Source: a virus. From it: a stretch of 64,000 nucleotides of DNA. The notes under the pieces were generated by a model that saw nothing but the letters and a program-made list of their open reading frames with translations, searched no databases and was not told the origin of the DNA. Shown here one piece after another: positions 28,712 to 39,400 of this stretch. The translations under genes and the position numbers were made by a program. The stretch is taken from IMG/VR virus record IMGVR_UViG_3300042863_002274; one strand, 5' to 3'. Within the stretch, counting starts at the first letter, position 1, and every line of letters starts with the position of its first letter.

Positions 28712-29350
28712 TTAAATTAATCTCTGCATTATAAAACCTAGGTCGGAAATCTTAGATGTTGCTGTGGTTAGATTGTCTCCAATGACGGAATCGTCTGGGT
28801 CCATCTGCAAAACCCTGCGGAGCATGGTCGGGTACTTGGTCTGGCGAGTGTATTCGTCGGCTTTTTCTGGATAAACCAACACCTCTTTCCAGCTCACTTT
28901 TCTGCCTACTTCAATCTTGTACGGCGCTGCAACCATTGAAACGGGAGAAACGTGGTCAGTATCTTCATCAATGGACGTGTGGCTAACGGTTATGCATTCG
29001 TAAACCGGGAGACTTTGGTCAGCAAAAGCGGTGGCAAGGTCCATGTTCTTGGTCTTATAAGAGTCCAGGGAGCAATATCCTTCTGAAACCATAGTTATCG
29101 CAGTTGACCACATGTCCGTCCTGAGGACTTTGCATAACTCTTTACATCTATTAAATCTAGTTTCAGGGTCAAGCTTGCCAGTTTCCCCATTCATTTGGCA
29201 AATCGCTATGAGGGTGTTATCTAGCCATGCTAAAAAATGAATCGAGAGCTCTTCTCCTAGTCCATGTTCACTGACTGCTTCATCCTTGGCCATTTGGGCC
29301 GAGGTCAATGCCAGTGCCATTTTACTAAAATCATTTACATATTGCTCCAC
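28712..29350 (-). CDS. Hypothetical protein
   Basis: 212 aa ORF with TAAGAT-N6-GTG start. Confidence 0.65.
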   Translation of the reverse strand: MEQYVNDFSKMALALTSAQMAKDEAVSEHGLGEELSIHFLAWLDNTLIAICQMNGETGKLDPETRFNRCKELCKVLRTDMWSTAITMVSEGYCSLDSYKTKNMDLATAFADQSLPVYECITVSHTSIDEDTDHVSPVSMVAAPYKIEVGRKVSWKEVLVYPEKADEYTRQTKYPTMLRRVLQMDPDDSVIGDNLTTATSKISDLGFIMQRLI

Positions 29351-29442
29351 GAAAAAATCTTAGTCAATGACCCCCGGAATCCGGGTAAACAAATAAAGTT
29401 GTTTTACCCTGTACGACATACCCGTACGCTATTGTTTTAGCC

Positions 29443-29769
29443 ATGAGCGATAGCAAGAAAAAAACATCATCAAAAAAAGCACCAGTCAAGAAGGCTGTAG
29501 CCAAGAAAAAGGCTCCGGCCAAGAAGGCTCCCGCTAAGAAAGCTGCGGCTCCAAAGAAGAAGAGCGTTAAGCCTGCCGTTGAAGCAGCAGCAATTCATGA
29601 AGCATTGCACGAATTGGAAACGATTAAAATTAATTTTGTTGATGGAACATCTGAATTCAAAGATTTCATTTCATCCACTACAAACGAGATTAAAGACCTT
29701 GTGAAAAAGGAAGCCCCTGCTCGCGTTGGCACCCTGAAGAGAATCTTCTCAAAACTGTTTAAGCGTTAG
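29443..29769 (+). CDS. Histone H1-like (PAKKA repeat) DNA-binding protein
   Basis: KKAPVKKAVAKKKAPAKKAPAKKAAAPKKK. Confidence 0.7.
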   Translation: MSDSKKKTSSKKAPVKKAVAKKKAPAKKAPAKKAAAPKKKSVKPAVEAAAIHEALHELETIKINFVDGTSEFKDFISSTTNEIKDLVKKEAPARVGTLKRIFSKLFKR

Positions 29770-29796
29770 TCTTTCCGAGAGGAAAGCTTCGCCCAA

Positions 29797-30207
29797 ATGA
29801 CAACAGAACGACGAAAAGCCCCACGTAGGGCCATTGTTTCTATTGAAAAAATAGGAGCATGGGGACAACTAACGTATCAGCACAAGCTTTCTTGTGGTCA
29901 TATTGATGTTAGAAAACGCAAAGCTTCATCGAGTGATATTGCGTGCATGTGGTGCTTGCGCGCTAAAGAAAAACAAGTAGAGCTCAAGTCTTTTACCGCA
30001 CCTTCTCCTTCAAACGTTTTTTACGATGACGATTTAGCAGAACAAGAAACTCGGATAGAAAAAACCAGAGCAGCGATTGCTTCTAGAATAGGTGTTCCAA
30101 TGGAAGCAGTAGATGTTGCTTCAGAAGATATCAATGGTCAACTTGTGATTCGCAGCGCAGTCGTGTATCTTTCATCACGCGATGTAATCCGTATCGCAGG
30201 AGAATAA
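29797..30207 (+). CDS. Hypothetical protein (LSCGH...CxxC)
   Basis: 136 aa ORF. Confidence 0.6.
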   Translation: MTTERRKAPRRAIVSIEKIGAWGQLTYQHKLSCGHIDVRKRKASSSDIACMWCLRAKEKQVELKSFTAPSPSNVFYDDDLAEQETRIEKTRAAIASRIGVPMEAVDVASEDINGQLVIRSAVVYLSSRDVIRIAGE

Positions 30208-30237
30208 TTTCGCTTCACGGCAAGACAGGGTTTACTA

Positions 30238-30561
30238 GTGAACAATATTGAACGTATAGACAGTATTCCCGAAGGTGGTAGTTGCACCGGAAAAGACCTC
30301 AATATGTGGTTTCCCATGGCGGACAAATCTCAGCCAGGAAAATTCTCAGACAATTATCGCAAAGCAAAAAAAGATGCTGTGCTCGCGAAGAGCATTTGCA
30401 AAGATTGTTCCGTTCGTTTAGAGTGTTTGTCTTACGGCTTGTATCACGAATCTTTTGGTATATGGGGTGGAGCGTCAGAACGTGAGAGGCATCAAATGAG
30501 AAGAAAACTAAACATCATTATGATTCCTAAAGTCCCCGTCAACCTACTCCTGCCTCGGTGA
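30238..30561 (+). CDS. whiB: WhiB-family Fe-S transcription factor
   Basis: Four Cys (C...AKSICKDCSVRLECL) and FGIWGG...ER. Confidence 0.9.
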   Translation: MNNIERIDSIPEGGSCTGKDLNMWFPMADKSQPGKFSDNYRKAKKDAVLAKSICKDCSVRLECLSYGLYHESFGIWGGASERERHQMRRKLNIIMIPKVPVNLLLPR

Positions 30562-30569
30562 CCATCTAG

Positions 30570-32411
30570 ATGACAAATCCTTCTTTAGAAACTGAAAATT
30601 TTCTAGCCTTATTGGACGGTGTTCGCAAGGCTGGCTCTGGATGGATTGCACGCTGCCCATGCAGAAACGATGACGCCAACCCGTCTCTCTCTGTTGGACA
30701 AGGAATGGACGGCAGAGTTCTCGTTACCTGTCATCGAGGAATGTCCTGCAACGTAGAAGAGATATGCACTGCCGTTGGTTTAAGTGTTGCTGATTTGATG
30801 CCACGAAAAGACGATTCTGACTATCTACAGAACAAAGATTATCGTCCAGTTTCTCCACCAAAAAGCTCAGAACAGCAGAAAAAGCCAGTGGTCGCAAAAT
30901 CTACACCCTCAACAAAACAAACATTAGTAGCAACCTATGACTACACGGACGAAAACGGAAAGCTGATATTTCAAAAGCTTCGATACGTAGACGAGAATGG
31001 TAAGAAAACATTTAGTCAGCGAAAGCCAGACTCCAGGGGTGGCTGGGAGTACAGTCTCGGCGACATTCCTAAGGTTCTCTATAATCTTCCCGCAGTTGTA
31101 AACTCAAAGCAGTTCGATGCTCCTGTATGGGTTGTGGAGGGCGAAAAAGATGTAGACACGTTGACTGACGCTGGTTATATTGCTACAACCATGCCTGGTG
31201 GTGCTGGGAAATGGCTTGATATTCATACCGAACCACTTGCTGGTTTAGTTGTAGAAATAATCGCCGACAAAGACGAGGTTGGATTAAAACACGCTTTAGA
31301 TGTTTGTAAAAAACTTAAGGCAGTGGGATGCGACGCTCAAGTGTGGGTATGTCCAGAACACAAGGACATAACAGACCATCTTCAGGCTGGTAGAGCCATT
31401 GACGAGCTGATTCCGTATATTCCGGAAGAAGAGGAACCGCAACAAACTTCTGCAGATGGATTTAATGAAGTAGTCGTTTCTGAATCAAAGATTACAGACG
31501 AACTTTCTCCTGAAGATTTGGCTCTAACCAAAATTCAAGAAATCTTAGACAGAAGCGACCTGAATAATAAACAAAAAATAGCAAAGAGTGGCCTTATTCT
31601 CGCAACGGCTACCGTGTCTTTCACATTAGACACTGGTCGTCTTGTTCACTGGAACGATTTCATCAACGAGTCCGATGGTGACACTTACGATTGGGCTATA
31701 CCTGGCCTTATTGAAAAAGGAGAAAGAGTTATTGTTGTTGCTGCCGAAGGTGTCGGTAAAACAATGTTGGCTAGACAGGTTGCGCTTCTTTCAGCGGCTG
31801 GAATACATCCGTTTTCGTTTCAGCCCATGAAACCAATCACAACACTTACTGTTGACCTTGAAAACCCAGACAGAATCATTAGAAGAACTGGTCGCTCCAT
31901 AGCGCTTCAAGCCATGTCGCAGGGTCGCGTGTCTCGCCTGAACGCCGAATTGTTAACTCGTCCGTCTGGTATGGATTTACTCAAGGCGAGCGATAGGGCG
32001 ATTCTTGAAGAAGCGCTTGATACGGTCAAGCCTGAGCTTTTGGTTATAGGTCCTCTTTATAAAGCGTTTCTAGACCCAGGTGGCAGAACTTCTGAGTCAA
32101 TAGCGTTAGAAGTTGCAAAATACTTGGACACGATTAGAACCATCTATAAATGCGCTCTCTGGATTGAGCATCACGCTCCACTTGGGACAAGCATGACAAG
32201 TAGAGACCTGCGTCCGTTTGGTTCAGCGGTCTGGTCTAGGTGGCCAGAGTTCGGTATTTCTCTCCAGCCAGACCCAACGGCATTAGGAGGCTACGTTTAT
32301 GATGTACGCCATTTCAGAGGTGCTCGTGACGAGCGCCAATGGCCTACTAAAATAAAGAGAGGCGTCAGATTTCCATTTGAGGTCGTCGAGTGGTCTAAGG
32401 CTGTTAAATGA
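30570..32411 (+). CDS. Primase-helicase (zinc finger, TOPRIM, RepA/AAA-type helicase)
   Basis: CPC...SLS...CHRG; VVEGEKD; IIADKDEVG; DITDHL; AAEGVGKT; DLEN; HH; RPFGS. Confidence 0.88.
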   Translation: MTNPSLETENFLALLDGVRKAGSGWIARCPCRNDDANPSLSVGQGMDGRVLVTCHRGMSCNVEEICTAVGLSVADLMPRKDDSDYLQNKDYRPVSPPKSSEQQKKPVVAKSTPSTKQTLVATYDYTDENGKLIFQKLRYVDENGKKTFSQRKPDSRGGWEYSLGDIPKVLYNLPAVVNSKQFDAPVWVVEGEKDVDTLTDAGYIATTMPGGAGKWLDIHTEPLAGLVVEIIADKDEVGLKHALDVCKKLKAVGCDAQVWVCPEHKDITDHLQAGRAIDELIPYIPEEEEPQQTSADGFNEVVVSESKITDELSPEDLALTKIQEILDRSDLNNKQKIAKSGLILATATVSFTLDTGRLVHWNDFINESDGDTYDWAIPGLIEKGERVIVVAAEGVGKTMLARQVALLSAAGIHPFSFQPMKPITTLTVDLENPDRIIRRTGRSIALQAMSQGRVSRLNAELLTRPSGMDLLKASDRAILEEALDTVKPELLVIGPLYKAFLDPGGRTSESIALEVAKYLDTIRTIYKCALWIEHHAPLGTSMTSRDLRPFGSAVWSRWPEFGISLQPDPTALGGYVYDVRHFRGARDERQWPTKIKRGVRFPFEVVEWSKAVK

Positions 32412-33076
32412 GTGACGAAAAATCAAAACCAATTACTACTAAAGAGTTTCTGAACGAGAGAGACATGCGCATTTTCAAAATGCGTCAAGCAGGAACTTCC
32501 GTAAATGAAATAGCCAGAAGATTTGGCGTTTCCTCAGCCTCGGTGTCTAGGTCTATTCAGCGCCAACTTGAAAAGATGAACAAGGAAGCCATCCTTGCCT
32601 ACCCTGAGGTACTGAGAATGGAGCTGGAGCGTTTAGACAACCTACAGCAAGCAATATGGCCCATGACGCAACACAGACGCATAGTCGGTGACGATGGAAC
32701 AGAAATGCAGATAGAGCCGGACCTGAAGGCGATACAGCAAGTTCTTTCCATAATGGACAGAAGAACGAAATTGCTTGGCATGGAGCAGACAAACGTGAAC
32801 GTAAACGTTGACGGAACACTGAACCAGACAGTTCGCGCAACTATTGCTGGACAACCAGGCGTAACTATGCCTGCAGTTGGTTTCGACGCCGAATCAGAAG
32901 CAAGAAAACTGTTGGAATTGATGGCAATTTCTGGAGTGTTGCCAGAGGAGACTGTTTATGCAATTCTTAGAAAAAACCAAGAAGATGAAGGTTTAATTAT
33001 CGACGCTGAAGTAGTATCTGACTCAACGGATGAGCCAAACTACAGGGACCCAAGCGATGATGATATCGAACAATGA
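32408..33076 (+). CDS. HTH protein, terminase small subunit-like
   Basis: MRQAGTSVNEIARRFGVS HTH, ELERLD.LQ..IWP and AIQQVLSIMDRRTKLLG. Confidence 0.6.
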   Translation: MSDEKSKPITTKEFLNERDMRIFKMRQAGTSVNEIARRFGVSSASVSRSIQRQLEKMNKEAILAYPEVLRMELERLDNLQQAIWPMTQHRRIVGDDGTEMQIEPDLKAIQQVLSIMDRRTKLLGMEQTNVNVNVDGTLNQTVRATIAGQPGVTMPAVGFDAESEARKLLELMAISGVLPEETVYAILRKNQEDEGLIIDAEVVSDSTDEPNYRDPSDDDIEQ

Positions 33077-33383
33077 AAATGAAGAACTTGACAATATTCG
33101 CGTAGCTATGGACAAGGTTGCAGAAACCTTGACACCCACCATCTCGCCTTTAATTGACGCTTCAGACGGTCCAGCAGACAAACAGGTCCTTATTCGTACC
33201 AACGACTACGAAAGAGGCAGATGGAAAGAAGCTGCCAATATAGAGCAGGTAACCCTTTCTGCGTGGATTAGAAACATTCTTAATTCCGAAGCCAAGAGAC
33301 TGCTTGAATGCGACCACCCAATGGAAATGATGCGTTTCTATCCTTGGGCCAAGATATGCACCAAATGCGGCAACCGCCTTTAG
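33057..33383 (+). CDS. Ribbon-helix-helix-like protein with C-terminal CxxC
   Basis: VLIR...WKEAA...LSAWIR..LN and CTKCG. Confidence 0.55.
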   Translation: MMISNNENEELDNIRVAMDKVAETLTPTISPLIDASDGPADKQVLIRTNDYERGRWKEAANIEQVTLSAWIRNILNSEAKRLLECDHPMEMMRFYPWAKICTKCGNRL

Positions 33384-33418
33384 TTTACGCATATCTTCTA
33401 ATGGTATTATTTAACTAA

Positions 33419-36400
33419 ATGTCTTCCGATAATGAATTCCCCATCCCTTTCGAGGAGTCCAGACGCGGTCTGGCGGCTAACCAAGAGGAAAAAGCGGCCG
33501 TAGGGCGACTTGGTCAGTATTTAGCTTCTCGCGGAGTTAATAGACCGACAATCGGCGAAGGGCGCAAAAAAAGAAGAAGCGGCAATATCGAGCTTCCCAC
33601 TGGCGGCAAGCCAGGCCAAAGAAACCCTACCGGTTCGAGAAGAGACGTTGACGGCGATGGCTGGGCAGACGAGGGAACCACCAAGCCAGTATGGGTCGGC
33701 ACCGAGAGTCAAGCAGGTAAGCCAAATACTGTTGCTCGTCTTTCTAGTGGCATGGTGCAACTTTCACCAACAGAGCGGCACGACTATGGCGCTCTTGTGG
33801 CGTCAAAAAAAGTTCAAGCGAAAGACGTCAAAGGCAAAGGCGGAGAATACAGAATAGTCATAACGACATCGGGAACCGTAGCCGCATTTCTTGATTCAGA
33901 CATTGAGAAAGAAAGAAACAACCTTCTCGACAGATTTAACGAGCTAGGCAAAAATCCTTTTACAAACAAAGAAGCCCCCCTTGCATTGAAGGACATTGAT
34001 GACCGGGATGTACTAAGAGGACTGCTCGATGACCAGCGAAAAATTAAACCATCAGCAGGAATGCAGGTCTACCTATCCGGCAAAGGCATTGAAGTTTTCG
34101 GAATAGAAACAAGAGAAAAACACCGCCGTCGTGGATTAGCAACAGAGATGTTTAACTTTCATCGTGAAGTATTTCCCGACCAAGACCTCCAACATAGCGA
34201 CGCGTTGACTGATGACGGTAGGGCTTTTGCCGACGCGACTCCCACTGTCTCCGTATCGGCAAAACTTTCCTCTGGCAAAGGACGTAATACAAAGCTAAAC
34301 GTTACGCGCTATGGAAAAGACGACGAATACGCGCAGGTATCGTCTTTTGAAATTGACGGCAAAGTGTTTGAGATTTCTCGTGGTGGAGACTCTCCCGGCA
34401 GAGACATGTACAACGGTTACATCTCTGCGTTCGACGAGGATAAAAACGTTGCATACATCGACTACAATATGGATACAGAAAACAAGAAAGCCGTTGTGGC
34501 AATGGTTTTCACCGATGAAGAATATCGTCGTCAAGGAATAGCCGAAGCCCTTCTTGATTCTTTTGTGACAGAAAATCCCGACTACGAGATAAGCCCTGGT
34601 GGCACCACCGACGAAGGTGGAGACTGGTGGCGTTCGGTTACTGGTGGGGATGGACCAATAAAAGCAGAAAAAGCTACACAAACGCAAGAAGGTCTCTTTT
34701 CACCACGCAAAGGAGAGCAGGGAGACTCCGGCTCAAGGCTTTCTTCTGGAAAAAAATATCAGGAGATAGTTGATTCCCAGCCATCGTTAAGCGAAGATAA
34801 AAAACAATCGATAGCTAATTTTCTTGATGATATTGTGTCAGAAGAATTTCAAAAAGAAGATATTTATGTGCTTGATACCGGTCCGACGCCACCAAGGCCT
34901 CCCGGAATGCCAGAACCAAAGCCGAGACAAATACTTAAAGACGATGAAAAAAGAACTCTAGAAAAAGAACGAGTTCGCAACTTGTTAGCCGAAGTATTTA
35001 AAGGCGAGATGACCCTAGACAAAGACGTCATCATCACCGCTGACGACGGGACACAATTAAACATAGGAAAAAAAGTCCTAGTAGAAATAATGCCGCAATC
35101 TTCCTATGCGCCAGCGATAAAGGTAAAAAAGGCTTCTGAAAAAGACCTTGCGGAACAGGATGAATTAGGACTGTATGAAGAAAATATAAAAGAGGGTGAC
35201 TTAGTAACAGAACTGCAACTTGAATTCAGGATTAAGCCACTTCCTGAGTACAGCGACGCACTCTTGGCTATATTTAATGATGAAGATGGAAAAAGATACA
35301 TTTCCAGAGAAGACGGTACACCGGCTCTTGCGACGGGATACAGAACATTCATTCAGGTGTCTGGAGATGACAAAGACGTTCGAATTGTCTCTCACGATTC
35401 TTTTTACATCAACAATCGTGCCCAAGGTCAAGGAATTGGGTCTGTTTTTAATGCTAGAAATGAAAAATTATACAACGAACTTGATGTTCGTTCCATAATT
35501 ACTTGGGGTAATTCCGGCAGTGGTTCAACCGGTGCTGTTCATTGGCCAAAAAATGGTTTCTCTTGGGCAGGAGAGAAAGATAAGCAGGATTTTATAAAAT
35601 TAATTGATGAGGCAATCGTCAATACTCCAGAAATGTTTTCTGAAGAAGATAGAAAAAAGATATCTTCCCTGTACAGAAAAAATAACGATACTGGATTGTT
35701 TGAGACGGAAGCCACGGCAGAAGAGTTTGTAGATTTTCCTAAAGCAGACGAAGTTTTTTCTAATGCAAATGCTCAATTCTTCTACTCAAGACCACTAAGA
35801 GAGCTGGCTGGGGCTTCTTCTGGAAGTAGCGGTTCAGCAAGGCTTTCCAGTGGTAGAGCTCCTCGATACCCGCGCGAACCAACGCTGGGTGCTTTCCTTG
35901 AAGGAGCGCAAGAAAGATTTGAAGGCGTTGATTCCTGGGAGGAGTTCAAGGAGCGCTATGCCGAAACCGAAATGGTATTTCTTGACTACGAAACAACCGG
36001 ATTAGATTTCGACGAATTCGGTAAAGCAACCACAAACGGTAACCCAACGCAAATTGGTCTTGTAAGAATGAAGAACGGCAAAGAAATAGGCCGTTTAAAT
36101 CTTTTCATGAACCCCGAACAGCCTCTTGGTGAATGGTCTTTAGCAAACCTTAAAGATGCAGATGGTAATCCAATAACCAACGAATGGCTTGCTACGCAAA
36201 TGCCAATGGCGGAAGCCCATAGACAAGTTGCTGAGTTTATTGGACCAGACGCAATCATTGGTGTACAGAATGCAACGTTTGATAAGAGAGTGCTTGAAGA
36301 TGCGTTAGAAAGAGACGGCATAGATTGGCGTCCTTCTGGCTATCTTGACACAAGAGACATAAGTGCAATGACCTTGCCTGTATGGAGCGAAGAGAGCCCA

Positions 36401-39400
36401 GAAGGTCCCTATATAACCGATAGAGACGGAAATAAAAAACCATCCAGCAGTCTTGCTGCAATAACCGAATATTTGGATGTTGAATTAGGTGAGGGTCACC
36501 ACAACGCCGATGCCGACGCTTTCGCAACCAGTCAGGTTATGCAGAAGATAATCGATAGAGCCATTGAGAACGGATGGTCCACTGACGTCTTGGATAAAGA
36601 AAAAAGAGACGCAAAACTAAAAGCAGACAACGATAAATTTAACGCAGATATTGAAAAGTTTGAATCAGACAAAGAGTCTTTTGTTTCAGCCCAGAAAGAA
36701 GAGGAAAGCACAAGGCTTTCTTCTGGAGCTAGAGCCAAAAGAAGCATTCCGCCGATATCTGAAATTAGGAAAGAAGTAGGGAGATTCTATAGAGAATCAG
36801 AAATGTCAGATGCAGATGTTGTTCGTACGTATCTTCAAATTAGAAACCGTGATGCAGAGGAATTATACGAATCAAGACATACTAGCGGCAGGGAAATATC
36901 CGACGAAATAGGTGAGCATTTCTCAAGGTTTCGAGACTTCATAGATAATGAGAGAATCTCAATAGACGGAATGAGCGATAGTGAAATTCTAGAAATCTTA
37001 AAAAAAGGAAAATATCGTTCAACAATAGATTCGTACGACAACGCAATAGACAATATTGGACCTGTTCCCTCAAAGAATTCAAATCGTCTTTCTTCCGGCA
37101 GACAGCGCGAATTAATACCAATGAATGCTCCGTCAAAGGAGCGAAAAGGAACTGGTGCTACTGGCTACAGAACTCAAGACTCTTCAGGAAATTTGATTAG
37201 TAGGTATTCCTCAACGTGGCTTTCCGGTTTGAGTTCTGATGAAATTTCTAAGGTTGTTGTTCCTGTCAATGCTGATGAGCATTTCGAGATGTGGGCTGAC
37301 GATATTGCTGGACCAAACTGGCGAGCCAGTAAAAAACAGCAAAAATTCATCAAGAACTACTATGAGGAGCTACAAAAAGACTCAACTAATATTCCTGTTG
37401 ATTATTCTCCAGAATCAATAGCTGCTACCCAGAAATTAGTAAAAGACCTGCTGGATTCTTCCCCTTCTGTTATGTGGGTAATGCAAAACTTCGGAGCACC
37501 ATTGATTGTTCCGTTCACTCGCGAAGGAATGGACGCTTACGAAAACAGTCCAGACATGAAAGAACGACTAGAGCTTCTTGCCAAGCAACGCGGAACAGAA
37601 AAAATCCCATTTGTTAGCGGACTTGCAAATCGTTCCTTGGGGTCTATAGGTATTTCTCCACGAGCCCTGATAGATAGAGAATCGTTACTTAATGACGACA
37701 AGGGTGTTTACCCAATAAGTTTAGACCCAGACCGGGTTCCGGCACCACGAGATGCTCACATAGATAGGTCCCTAGAAGGAACACTCGTTCACGAGTTTGG
37801 ACACTGGATACATCACAGAGCGCTTTGGGATACGGAAACAAACGGCGCTTCAGGAAAAATGCGCTCATATTATGGAACTGGAAAGCTTTCTGACCCAAGA
37901 TACGTAGCTTCGCTTGATGTTGCAGAAGAATACGGTGACTACGAAACTGACGACAAGAGAATAGAAATCTATTCGCAGTTCATCGACCTGACTGGAAGAA
38001 GCCCTGAAGAAATGTTCAGAGCCCACCCCGATGAGCCTCTCCTATCCACCTCTTACGGAAACATAAACAAAAGAGAGGCCATGGCAGAAGCCTTTGTTGC
38101 AATAATGCATCCAAACAAGGAAATGCCAGAAAAGACCCTGAGCAAGAAACTCAGAAAAGACATTTATACGCTAATTGGCGTTGACGAAAAAAACCTTCCA
38201 TGGAGCGATTCTAAAGCTGGCTCGGAAAATCGCCTTTCATCGGGTGCCAAAAAAGACAAACGCAAAACAATTTTCTCAAGATTCAGAAAAGAAGAAACTG
38301 AAGAAGCAACCGTTGAGGAAAAAAGGAAACCTCCAGTAGTGGAGAGACCTGAAGGCCTGGTTTCGTTCGCTACCGAACCGTCAGAAGAATTGCTTAAAGC
38401 CTTACCAATACCTGATGAAGACACCTTAAAGAACGAGTTACTAAAAGACGTACAGTCTATAGCGTTGGAATTCGACAAAGGAGCCTATGGAAGTATTGAC
38501 TCGATAGGGATGGGTTCAAGAGCTTCTATTATTGCCAAGAAAGCAATTACCGCAAACCTGTCTCGCTCGGTAGATTTTGATGTTGAAGATTTTATTAAAG
38601 TTTTTTCTGCAGGCAACGACCGTTTCGGTTTTCACAGTACGGAAACTTTTAAAGCAGTACAAAAAATGTACGAAACTGTAAAAAACCTACCAGCAGATGC
38701 TGCGAGCACGGAAAGAAGAACGGCTGCTAGGGGTGCTTTTGATACAAAAAGCGGACGTATTATTTCGGCAAAAATACATGACGACATTCTTGGTAGAGCA
38801 CGATATTACGACGAAATATTAGACAGGCTAGAAAAAGAAAACTTTGACGAACTTTTTGGCTCCTCTTTTGATGAATTAATGGCTACAGACGGTAGCGAAA
38901 AATCACTTTTTACCCCTTATTTAATGACGAAACTTGGAACTGACGATATTAGAAGAGAGTTTCTAGAAGAGATAGAGCCACGGCGTGGACTTTTAAACCG
39001 CCTTATCGAAGCAGTTGAACTACAAGAAAGTAAAGCTTTCGGGCTTGCCAGAATAGGGGAAATAAATCCCAACACGGGAGAACGCGATTATGAAGTAATT
39101 TCATTACTGGGTCGTGGAGTAAACATGGGCGTCATGGATGCAATGTCGTCTCTTGATATTAGTGATGAAGATTATGGTCAAAAATTTGCAGATATTATGT
39201 CTGAGTTTAAAGGTTGGCTAACGGCAGAAAAACTCATGAAAATACGCGACTCGGGTTTGCTTAAAATAGATAGTTCAAACATTGATTCGCCAGAAATTAA
39301 AAAAGCACTAAAAGAGCATCTAGTAGCAAACGTACGTTCTAGAGCTGGAAATTTTGAATCAAAGCGGGAAAGCTACACAAACAAAACGGGAGTTGTGTTC

